From contig JBBTUL010000013.1 of assembly GCA_038063755.1 (NCBI GenBank), positions 12,876 to 76,875 of the forward strand: DNA of 64,000 nt. Direction: 5' to 3'. Origin of the DNA: Patescibacteria group bacterium (GTDB lineage Bacteria; Patescibacteriota; Minisyncoccia; UBA6257; 2-01-FULL-56-20). The notes beneath the pieces are model-generated. The model searched no databases, was not told the origin of the DNA, and saw only the letters and a program-made list of their open reading frames with translations. Of this stretch, positions 56,722-64,000 are shown in pieces; the first letter of the stretch is position 1; the number at the start of each line of letters is the position of its first letter. The position numbers and the translations under genes were made by a program.

Positions 56722-59637
56722 ATGAAAAAGTGCTTGATAGTGCTTTTTTTGACTTTCGGCTTCTTCGGTTTTTCCCCACAGGGGAGGAGCGACGGAGCGG
56801 AGATTGTCGTCGATAAAGACGCGAATCTTGTTCGCGCACCGCAGGAGGGTTTTTCTCTCAAGTTTTCCCTTGAAGACTTTACCGTTTCGCTTGGCTACGA
56901 AGAGCGAGAAGAGCTTTTTGGTCCTCAAAGCAAGCGATATCTCTTTGGTATCTCGCGTGATCTGAAAAATCAGCGATTCAGCCTCTTTTTAAGGAGCGAG
57001 GAAGTGCCTTCCGGAAAAAATCTTGGAGGTCATCTTTTCTACGAACAAGGCGGAGAGGAAGAATTAAAAAGAGGCTTCGAACTTGTTTACGCAAAGAAAG
57101 ATTTCAATGAGTTTTTAATTTTCGAGAATGATCCATCGCATGCCCGTCCTTTCGTTGTGGCCGACAGTCAGGGATATTTACGCCTCTTTGTGCGTACCAC
57201 GCGCGGCATTGAATTTTCCGTTTTCAGCGCTCGTAACGGGACGGCGGATGTAACGAGCGGAGCAAAAACGTTTGCAAAGATGCCGGCATCGACTCTTTTC
57301 GGTGAGCGAACACTCGCCGACGCATATCTTGGCGAAGATGTTGTTCAGAATTTTTATGGCGCGAGCGTTAGGTTTGCTTCAGAAGAAAAAAACAGAGAAG
57401 GATTGTTTTACGGAAAGAAAGGTTCGCAGCACATAAGGGGGCTTTCTCGTCCGGACGAATTTGCCGCTTTCGGCGGATTTACCCGTTCGCGAGGAGTTCA
57501 TCTTTCGGAAAATCTCGAGCTTGATGTAAGCGATTTGCAGACGGTTGACTCGGTATTTTATGAGTCGCGCCTGCTTTTTGACTTTATGGCAGAGTTTCGT
57601 TCGGTCGAGTTCGGGTTCGGAGCATATTCGAGAGGCATAAGTACGGAGTTCGATCCGAGTCTTTTCTTGCATTTCTACGACAGTGCTGGCGGAGGACTTC
57701 TGACCTCGTTTCGAATAACCGATCGGTATCGACTTGGCTTTTGGGGGATGGGAGAGGACAATGCTCCTCATTTCCACAAGGTTTTAAGAGGAGCTCTCTT
57801 CTTAAAAACCCCGCACGGAGAGTTTGGTCTTGGGAAAAGAATTGATCGACAGGGAATGATTCGTTTCGAGAATGAGTCGGAGGGGTACTTCTTGACCCTG
57901 AAGAGCAGATACGCGGACGGCATTTTTGGAATTCAGGCGGGAGAGCCATATGGCACACTTTCGCTTCGGATTCGCGACAGCGGAAAAAGCGCGAAAAACA
58001 GCATTATTCCGTTTTCCGGAGCTCGTTATTCGCTTCTTCCGGCAAATGTTTCGCGGTACGCTGAGAATCCTCTCGTTGGCTCAACGATCAATGTTGAGTG
58101 GACGAGGAATAATCACACGGGGTCTCTCTATACGCGTCAGTCGATTTTTGGATTGAACGCAGGGGGGATGATCTCTGGCGAGAAGTATCGGTTTGTCGAA
58201 CACGGCGGGAGGTACGTTTTTTCCTCGCCAGCGGTTGATGTTGAAACAACTTTCGCGCTCAGAGATATTTCTGGACTTGGTGTTTCCGAACCGATCGGAC
58301 GAGCGGCGGTGCTTCGACAATTTGGGAGCGTCGGCGTTGGAGTCGGCTGGCTTAAAGAAGTGCTTTTCGATGAATCATTCGACGCTAGATTTCTTTTTTT
58401 CCGCATGCCTCTCGGAGTACTGGATTTCGAAAGCGCGATAGGAGAAGAGCGGGGAGGGTTATTTGTTTCGGGACGAGTTTCTCTTGGTATCGGATCTTTA
58501 AGCGGAGAGCTTCTTCCCACCCACCTTCTTCCGAAGGTGGGGCGAGCGAAGACGGAATCTTCAGCGGAAAGCATTCCGGGACCGGAGCGGCTTTGGATCA
58601 ACGTTCATAATTGCGGTCAGGAGTGTGCCGCACGTGCGCTTCCGTATCTGCTTGAATACAGGACTGCGTATACGGGGGTAAGGACGGCTCCGCGCCTGGT
58701 TTGCGATAAAAACAGCACCCCAGGACCTCATTGCTTTGAGGTGAATCCGGATGATCCGTTGCTTACCGGGGTTTTGGACATCTATGGTCCGAATGGAGTC
58801 TTTGTTCTTGTGGATGACGACTTGAATTCGAGACCGTATGGGAAGATATCTCCCGAAGGATTGTATCTGAAGATGAAAAACACGCTTCTCTTTGACGAGC
58901 GGATCGTGAATGTGCAGTGCCTCGGGGAACCGCTAAATTCCGGAAACATTCTTCCAGAAGAGTACGTGCGCGTATACCTTCCGGAGTGCGTGAGGGCCGC
59001 AGAAGATGTGAACAAAACGCGCTCCCAAAGTCTTCAGGCAACGGTTTTCGCTGCGGCTCCGTTTGGAAGTTCGGCTGGGTCAAGGGAGAATCAGCGGATT
59101 ATCCGTTCGGGGATTCTTCGTTATCCAAAAGTCGCTTTAACGTGCCATGTCTACGCGGCAAGCGAAAAAGAAGCCCTACGTCTTACCCGCGAGTGCAAGG
59201 CTGATGCGCATGGAAGACTCATTGCGCTTACTGAGAGCAATTTCGCTGATGGCGGAATGGGAAGCCGATATTCCAAACACGCCTGGTGGCTTGGAGAAGT
59301 TATGCCGAAGATCGAGAAGATACTTGCAGAGGGACTTGATCGGCGCTCTCTTAAAAAGCAGATCAATGTTTTTTACACGCTTGATGCGCATGAGGATGCC
59401 GAGTTTCCCCTTATCCAGTGGGACCGGTCAGGCCACTGGACTGCGACGAGCGATGCCCATAAGAAGATTATCGAAGCGCGTGACGCTTCGCATAGAAAAA
59501 TCGCTCCGTTGGTGTCGGCGGCTACAGAGGAAAACGCAGAAGATGTCTCCGGCGTGATTCATGGAGGGAGGGACGGCGCTCTACGGACAGATCGTCCAAG
59601 CCGTTTTGAGACCCGAAAAGAGAAGGAAAAAAAATAG
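56722..59637 (+). CDS. Large secreted orphan protein; beta-rich body with possible C-terminal glycoside-hydrolase-like domain
   Basis: GGAGG SD, signal peptide, 971 aa, G/F/Y-rich alternating strands, GEP / HVY / TE motifs. Confidence 0.7.
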   Translation: MKKCLIVLFLTFGFFGFSPQGRSDGAEIVVDKDANLVRAPQEGFSLKFSLEDFTVSLGYEEREELFGPQSKRYLFGISRDLKNQRFSLFLRSEEVPSGKNLGGHLFYEQGGEEELKRGFELVYAKKDFNEFLIFENDPSHARPFVVADSQGYLRLFVRTTRGIEFSVFSARNGTADVTSGAKTFAKMPASTLFGERTLADAYLGEDVVQNFYGASVRFASEEKNREGLFYGKKGSQHIRGLSRPDEFAAFGGFTRSRGVHLSENLELDVSDLQTVDSVFYESRLLFDFMAEFRSVEFGFGAYSRGISTEFDPSLFLHFYDSAGGGLLTSFRITDRYRLGFWGMGEDNAPHFHKVLRGALFLKTPHGEFGLGKRIDRQGMIRFENESEGYFLTLKSRYADGIFGIQAGEPYGTLSLRIRDSGKSAKNSIIPFSGARYSLLPANVSRYAENPLVGSTINVEWTRNNHTGSLYTRQSIFGLNAGGMISGEKYRFVEHGGRYVFSSPAVDVETTFALRDISGLGVSEPIGRAAVLRQFGSVGVGVGWLKEVLFDESFDARFLFFRMPLGVLDFESAIGEERGGLFVSGRVSLGIGSLSGELLPTHLLPKVGRAKTESSAESIPGPERLWINVHNCGQECAARALPYLLEYRTAYTGVRTAPRLVCDKNSTPGPHCFEVNPDDPLLTGVLDIYGPNGVFVLVDDDLNSRPYGKISPEGLYLKMKNTLLFDERIVNVQCLGEPLNSGNILPEEYVRVYLPECVRAAEDVNKTRSQSLQATVFAAAPFGSSAGSRENQRIIRSGILRYPKVALTCHVYAASEKEALRLTRECKADAHGRLIALTESNFADGGMGSRYSKHAWWLGEVMPKIEKILAEGLDRRSLKKQINVFYTLDAHEDAEFPLIQWDRSGHWTATSDAHKKIIEARDASHRKIAPLVSAATEENAEDVSGVIHGGRDGALRTDRPSRFETRKEKEKK

Positions 59638-59641
59638 CACT

Positions 59642-59666
59642 ATGCCCCGAAAAACGGGGCATTTTT
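59642..59666 (+). terminator. Intrinsic terminator
   Basis: ATGCCCCG/CGGGGCAT + TTTT. Confidence 0.75.
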
Positions 59667-59742
59667 ACACCCTCGTAAGACAAGAGGGGGGAATCCGTTG
59701 TATACTATGTAATACAAAAGGTCGCAAAAAGACATATTCGAA

Positions 59743-60285
59743 ATGACAAAAGTATTAAAATTTTTAGCCGTTGCAGGCGTAGCAACCATGACTGTTTTTG
59801 CACTTCAGATTTCTTCTGTGTTTGCGGAAGAAAACGGTGGCGCCAAGGGCCTTGAGAAGAAAGTCGAGAAGATGGAAAACAGGCTCGAAAAAGGCCAAGA
59901 CTGGGTGATGAACAGCGTCGGAGAGTCTCGTGCGGTTATGATGAAGGCGAACGGAGAATTCCATCTCCGAGGCGCTGAAGTTGTATCCGTGAATGCCACC
60001 GCAAATACCATTACGGCAAAACTTTACGGTTTCACCCGAGAAGTGGGTGTTGCCGGAGCGAAGCTTCGTGGAACAGGTGGCTCTATCACTCTCTCGGACA
60101 TCCAGGTCGGTGACAAGCTTGCCGCGTGGGGAAAGTTTGACGAATCAACCCGAACACTTACCGTATCGGAGGTTCGCGATCTTACCTTGAGGAGGCAGGA
60201 CCAGGCCGCAACACGGTCTCGCATCGAAGAGCTTTTGAAGATGATCAAGGAGCTTCAGGCGAAGCTTAGGGGCTCGTCGAATTAA
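59743..60285 (+). CDS. Secreted protein with DUF5666-like OB domain and C-terminal coiled coil
   Basis: Signal peptide ending VFA, LSDIQVGD...AWG, IEELL..I.ELQA.L. Confidence 0.65.
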   Translation: MTKVLKFLAVAGVATMTVFALQISSVFAEENGGAKGLEKKVEKMENRLEKGQDWVMNSVGESRAVMMKANGEFHLRGAEVVSVNATANTITAKLYGFTREVGVAGAKLRGTGGSITLSDIQVGDKLAAWGKFDESTRTLTVSEVRDLTLRRQDQAATRSRIEELLKMIKELQAKLRGSSN

Positions 60286-60309
60286 GTTTTAGGCTTGAAG
60301 GTGTTTTAT

Positions 60310-60365
60310 AAGCCCCGCGTTTTACGCGGGGCTTTGTATTAAAAAAATCCGCGATTTTATCGCGG
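60310..60365. terminator. Tandem terminators for convergent genes
   Basis: AAGCCCCGCGT/ACGCGGGGCTT and A7-T-CCGCGAT/ATCGCGG. Confidence 0.8.
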
Positions 60366-60374
60366 GAAATTTGT

Positions 60375-60830
60375 TCATTTCAAAAAAGTGTCGGGTTCGT
60401 ATCCTTCCGGGAATCCACCTTCGTCGGATCCTCCGCAATCGCACATTCCGTCGCAGCAGGGTTGGGTGTCGTGGCGGGGAATCGTCGTTGGCGAAGAGGG
60501 CGAAGAGAGAGCAGAGGCCGTCTTTTTGATTTCAGCTATCCGCTTCTCAAGAGACTCCCGCGCGTATCCCAGGACGAGGGTCAGCCCATCTTTCATGCCG
60601 GTGCTGCTTTCGACGTAAAATTCTCCCGATCCAGAAAGAAGGATCTCAACTATAGAAAACGGATCGTTTCTTCCGTCTCGGATAAGCTTGTTGATTACAA
60701 AGCGCTCGAAAATGCGAGAAAGAAGTTTTTCAATAAGATTCAGTGTCTCTTCGTCAGGGACAGTGCTTGTTATTTCAGTTCGTCTTTCCTGCCACCAATG
60801 CTTAATCGTGACAGTTGCCGGACCTGGCAT
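60375..60830 (-). CDS. Hypothetical protein with Cys/acidic C-terminal tail
   Basis: GAGGAG SD; tail QPCCDGMCDCGGSDEGG. Confidence 0.6.
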   Translation of the reverse strand: MPGPATVTIKHWWQERRTEITSTVPDEETLNLIEKLLSRIFERFVINKLIRDGRNDPFSIVEILLSGSGEFYVESSTGMKDGLTLVLGYARESLEKRIAEIKKTASALSSPSSPTTIPRHDTQPCCDGMCDCGGSDEGGFPEGYEPDTFLK

Positions 60831-60846
60831 ACCATAGCTCCTCTAT

Positions 60847-60889
60847 CAAGTTCCTACGAGAACATTACAAGTTACGCGAGAACTTGTAA
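60847..60889. promoter_or_regulatory. Candidate operator (palindrome + tandem repeat)
   Basis: TTACAAGTT-N7-AACTTGTAA at 60865-60889; CAAGTT-N3/4-CGAGAAC twice, 21 bp apart. Confidence 0.45.
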
Positions 60890-60973
60890 ATGGTTGATTC
60901 TCGGTGATTTGATTTTCCCCGCGGCGTCCAATAGTCTTTTATGTAGAAACAAGAATTTTGAAAGAGGTGCGAT

Positions 60974-61456
60974 GTGCGGATGTGGCTGAAGCGGATTGCT
61001 CGTCGGATAGTCGAGCGCAAAAAGAAACGGAATGCTTTTTTTCACTACTACAACGCTCTTTTTTTCAGGTCAAATTTAAATCTTTCGGCGATTGTGAAGG
61101 GATTCATGGAGTACGCAACGCTTCAGGGTAAGCGATCGTTCCCGCCGCTCAACCACAAGCTTTGGCATGACTTTCTCTGGAAAGTGCAGGAGCGGTTGTG
61201 CGACGATTTTCTCGATCTTGTATTTATCGGGAAGTTCAAGAAAGTCGGAGAAGGGAAGTATCGGAACTGTCATCTTTCCGAAGTACATTTCAAAATGCCG
61301 GTTGCGTCTCATGGGTGTGGAGACTTTGAGCGGATCAGGCTTCCGTATGAACCGGATCCGGCGCGATACAAGCAGCTTCCATTTTCTTATCACAATCAAG
61401 GGCTTGACGCAGAGATGTACAAAATCGCGCTTGAGCTTGACGGATTCATGTTTTAG
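60974..61456 (+). CDS. Hypothetical protein
   Basis: AGAGGTG SD; terminator directly after the stop. Confidence 0.6.
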   Translation: MRMWLKRIARRIVERKKKRNAFFHYYNALFFRSNLNLSAIVKGFMEYATLQGKRSFPPLNHKLWHDFLWKVQERLCDDFLDLVFIGKFKKVGEGKYRNCHLSEVHFKMPVASHGCGDFERIRLPYEPDPARYKQLPFSYHNQGLDAEMYKIALELDGFMF

Positions 61457-61482
61457 AACCGATGCAAACGCATCGGTTTTTT
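61457..61482 (+). terminator. Intrinsic terminator
   Basis: AACCGATGC/GCATCGGTT + TTTT. Confidence 0.8.
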
Positions 61483-61771
61483 ATACTCTCCCAGCGTCGA
61501 GTTCGTCAGTCACGCATGAGCTGAGAGTCGACCTCTTCCCACACAATCCGAGAAATTTCTTGGATTGTTTTTTAAGAACTTCCATTTTCGGACCACGCGC
61601 CATTACGCAGGGCTTGTGTCGCATCATCCAATTACGAATCGAAAAGACTGAGGGCAAGGATATTTTGCCCGCCACGCGAGGACGTGATTCTCTTTGACTT
61701 CTCAAACGGCCGGGGAGTATGCTTTTTTTTAGACACAATTGAGAATTTAAGCAGACAGGAGGAAGACGCAC

Positions 61772-63859
61772 ATGAAGAAATGGGCTCGTTTCGCCCTGCG
61801 AATAGCGCTTCGCACTTTCGCCTTTCTCGTCCCGATCCTGCTCGTTATTCTCGTTTCGCTTGTCGGATATCTTGCGTTTCTGGGAGTTTTCCGCCCAGTC
61901 GACTTTTCGCCACTGAATGACGAGCGTGAAGTGAGTATCATCTACGATGCGAGTGGCGCGAGAATCAGCGAGGGGTGCGATCAGTTTTGTCGAGAGGTTA
62001 TTCCGCGAGAGATGATGGGGCGCTTTCCGGAGTTCGCTGTTGCGGCGGAAGATAGGGGTTTTCACGATCGGAAATTACTTCCGATTGATCTTCTCGGAAT
62101 TTTTCGGGCAGCAACAGAGAACACTTTTTCTGGAGAAGCTGTACAGGGCGCCTCAACGCTTGAGCAGCAGCTTGCTCGAACGCTCCTTACGCCAGACGAA
62201 AGACGGCGTGAGCGAGAGGAAATGTCAGCGAAGGCTAAATGGATCCGCAAATTTCGAGAAATTCGTGTTGCATTTGCTCTGAAAAAAAGATTTAGCAAGG
62301 ACGAGATTCTCGATCTTTACCTGAACAACATTTACTGCGGAGAAAACAGATCAGGAATTCAGGCCTGCAGCCAATGGTATTTTCGCAAGAACCCTTCAGA
62401 GCTTACTCTTGGCGAAGCGGCGATGGTTATCGCCACATGGCGAAGTCCGCGATCCTCGCCGTTTTTCAGTGTTGAGCGAGCCCACAGGGCCCGAGAGAGG
62501 GTTTTGGGACAATTATTGAAAAACGGGAAAATAAACAAAGGAGAGGCGGATGCTGCTTTCAAAGAGCAACTAGGAACATCTCGTCCGGGGCTTGAGGTCT
62601 ATGCGAAGAATTTCGCTGAGTACGTAAGAAAAAGCATCGTTGGGAAGCAGCGATTTGTTGATCAAGGGCTTCGGGTGCATACGACCCTTGACCCCAAGAT
62701 TCAACTTTCTACCATCTCGGCTCTTCGGGAGTCTTTGGATGCGATGAAGGCTAGGAATAGTGAAATCTCCTCGGATCTTTGCGGGGCAGCGCTTGTCATT
62801 GATGCAAAGACAGGTGCGGTGAAAGCGTGGGCGCAAATCTCCCCGTTCCTCAATAGTGAGTTCGATCTGATTTCTCAGGCGAAACGCCATCCGGGATCTG
62901 CGTTCAAGGCGTTTCTGTACGCATTCATGGTCGGAAAGAGGGGATGGAGAGCATCTGTGATCGATGAAGGATTCGGGCCGTATCAAGTCGATGACGGATC
63001 CTCTATCGTCGTACCGATGGGAGGTGGGGGTCTTCATGCAATTGAAAATTTTCCATATCGATCAATGCCTCGATTCTTGGGTAGGGTAGATCTTCTAACC
63101 GCCCTTGCTCATTCGAGGAACGCTGCGGCGATGAGCGTGGTTTCTGGAGTAAGGGGTTCGACGGTTCCTATTGAACTCAGAATCTCGAAAGAGGAACTGC
63201 TTCGATTTACGGCGGATCTCGGTATCATGAGCGCCGAGGAAGGGCTCAAGGCAATTCTTTGGGGAAATGCGGCCGCGAAGGAAAGGTGGGATCCAGGACT
63301 TACGCTTCCGCTAGGATCCATTGACGTTTCGGTTTATGAAATGGTCCGTGCCTGGACTGCTCTTCGGGGCGGTTGGCTCATTGAGCCGCACGTGATCGAA
63401 AGCATCGAAACGAAGAGCGGATCGTATCATCATGAGTTTTCGCGAGGACAGAATGTGTTTGATGAGAAAACCGCCTTTTCAATCGTTCGACTTCTTCGCG
63501 CCCCCGTGGAGCTTCCCGGAGGGACGGCGCGAGGACTTCGCGACGAGAAGAGATTCGGCTTTCGCGGAGATGCAATCGGAAAAACTGGAACTTCGTCGAA
63601 TAATGATCGGGACGCAACCGATAATTGGTTTGTGGGATGCACACCGAACTACTGTATGGGAGTCTGGATTGGCAGGAATACGAGACTCCCGCTTGCAAGG
63701 ACGACTGATCCGGTAACCGGGGAGGATATTTATGAGACTGGAGGGAGAAACGCTCTGCCGGTTTTCGCAAAGGTTATGAAGATGATTTCTGTTTATGACG
63801 GCGAATACGCTTATTTTCCGGAAAAAACAGATCCTAGAAAATTGCTTCCTAAGAAATAG
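61772..63859 (+). CDS. Class A penicillin-binding protein (transglycosylase-transpeptidase)
   Basis: GT51 EDRGF, GASTL.QQL, RK.RE, K.EIL..YLN; SAFK, SRN, KTGT. Confidence 0.93.
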   Translation: MKKWARFALRIALRTFAFLVPILLVILVSLVGYLAFLGVFRPVDFSPLNDEREVSIIYDASGARISEGCDQFCREVIPREMMGRFPEFAVAAEDRGFHDRKLLPIDLLGIFRAATENTFSGEAVQGASTLEQQLARTLLTPDERRREREEMSAKAKWIRKFREIRVAFALKKRFSKDEILDLYLNNIYCGENRSGIQACSQWYFRKNPSELTLGEAAMVIATWRSPRSSPFFSVERAHRARERVLGQLLKNGKINKGEADAAFKEQLGTSRPGLEVYAKNFAEYVRKSIVGKQRFVDQGLRVHTTLDPKIQLSTISALRESLDAMKARNSEISSDLCGAALVIDAKTGAVKAWAQISPFLNSEFDLISQAKRHPGSAFKAFLYAFMVGKRGWRASVIDEGFGPYQVDDGSSIVVPMGGGGLHAIENFPYRSMPRFLGRVDLLTALAHSRNAAAMSVVSGVRGSTVPIELRISKEELLRFTADLGIMSAEEGLKAILWGNAAAKERWDPGLTLPLGSIDVSVYEMVRAWTALRGGWLIEPHVIESIETKSGSYHHEFSRGQNVFDEKTAFSIVRLLRAPVELPGGTARGLRDEKRFGFRGDAIGKTGTSSNNDRDATDNWFVGCTPNYCMGVWIGRNTRLPLARTTDPVTGEDIYETGGRNALPVFAKVMKMISVYDGEYAYFPEKTDPRKLLPKK

Positions 63860-63860
63860 T

Positions 63861-63889
63861 AAACCCCGACGAAACGTCGGGGATTTTTT
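63861..63889 (+). terminator. Intrinsic terminator
   Basis: CCCCGACG/CGTCGGGG + ATTTTTT. Confidence 0.8.
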
Positions 63890-63939
63890 AAAAAAACGGT
63901 AAACGAGCCGACAGTGGGCTAAGATACGAGTGCAAAACT

Positions 63940-63966
63940 AAAAAAAGAACCCATGTGCTTGGGTTC
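63940..63966 (-). terminator. Terminator for a minus-strand transcript entering from beyond the window
   Basis: GAACCCA/TGGGTTC preceded by A7 on the plus strand. Confidence 0.6.
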
Positions 63967-64000
63967 GTGTAACTAATAGATCTTTACTTCGAGTCTTGTC

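Noticed and set aside
61481-61690. Short minus-strand ORF or frameshifted remnant
   Set aside because: No SD or recognisable motif; cannot be supported
12541-63889. Many CCCCG..CGGGG hairpins as a REP/MITE family or CRISPR repeats
   Set aside because: Sequences differ, are single and sit at gene 3' ends with U-tracts; ordinary intrinsic terminators; no spacer periodicity or cas genes
1-64000. Alternative genetic code (TGA recoding) or prophage/IS content
   Set aside because: Conserved genes are full length under code 11 and TGA ends genes such as gatB and serS; no integrase, transposase or phage structural motifs seen

Overview
Gene-dense chromosomal segment, genetic code 11, most likely from a Patescibacteria/CPR (Parcubacteria-like) organism. 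That assignment is inferred from DUF4012, the CPR-type Cys-rich protein, class F sortases, scattered stand-alone housekeeping genes and rplK without rplA. Housekeeping genes (gyrB, secE-nusG-rplK, tmk, gatB, miaA, thrS, serS, alr, lepA, obgE) are interleaved with orphan ORFs, a sortase/LPETG surface cluster, a two-component locus, a thiol-redox cluster, a csoR-copA copper operon and several peptidoglycan enzymes. I found no rRNA, tRNA, CRISPR array, transposase or integrase. The most notable unannotated signal is two independent minus-strand leaders with the same layout: short uORF, long antiterminator helix, intrinsic terminator, boxA-like GTTCTTT motif, strong Shine-Dalgarno (SD). One has a Thr-rich leader peptide and sits upstream of two orphan genes and thrS; the other precedes an MFS transporter. 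Translation initiation also appears to fall into three classes: -10 box 6-9 nt before the start (leaderless-like), classical SD on orphan genes, and an A-rich AAGGTCG motif. All protein calls come from motif recognition by eye, without database searches.
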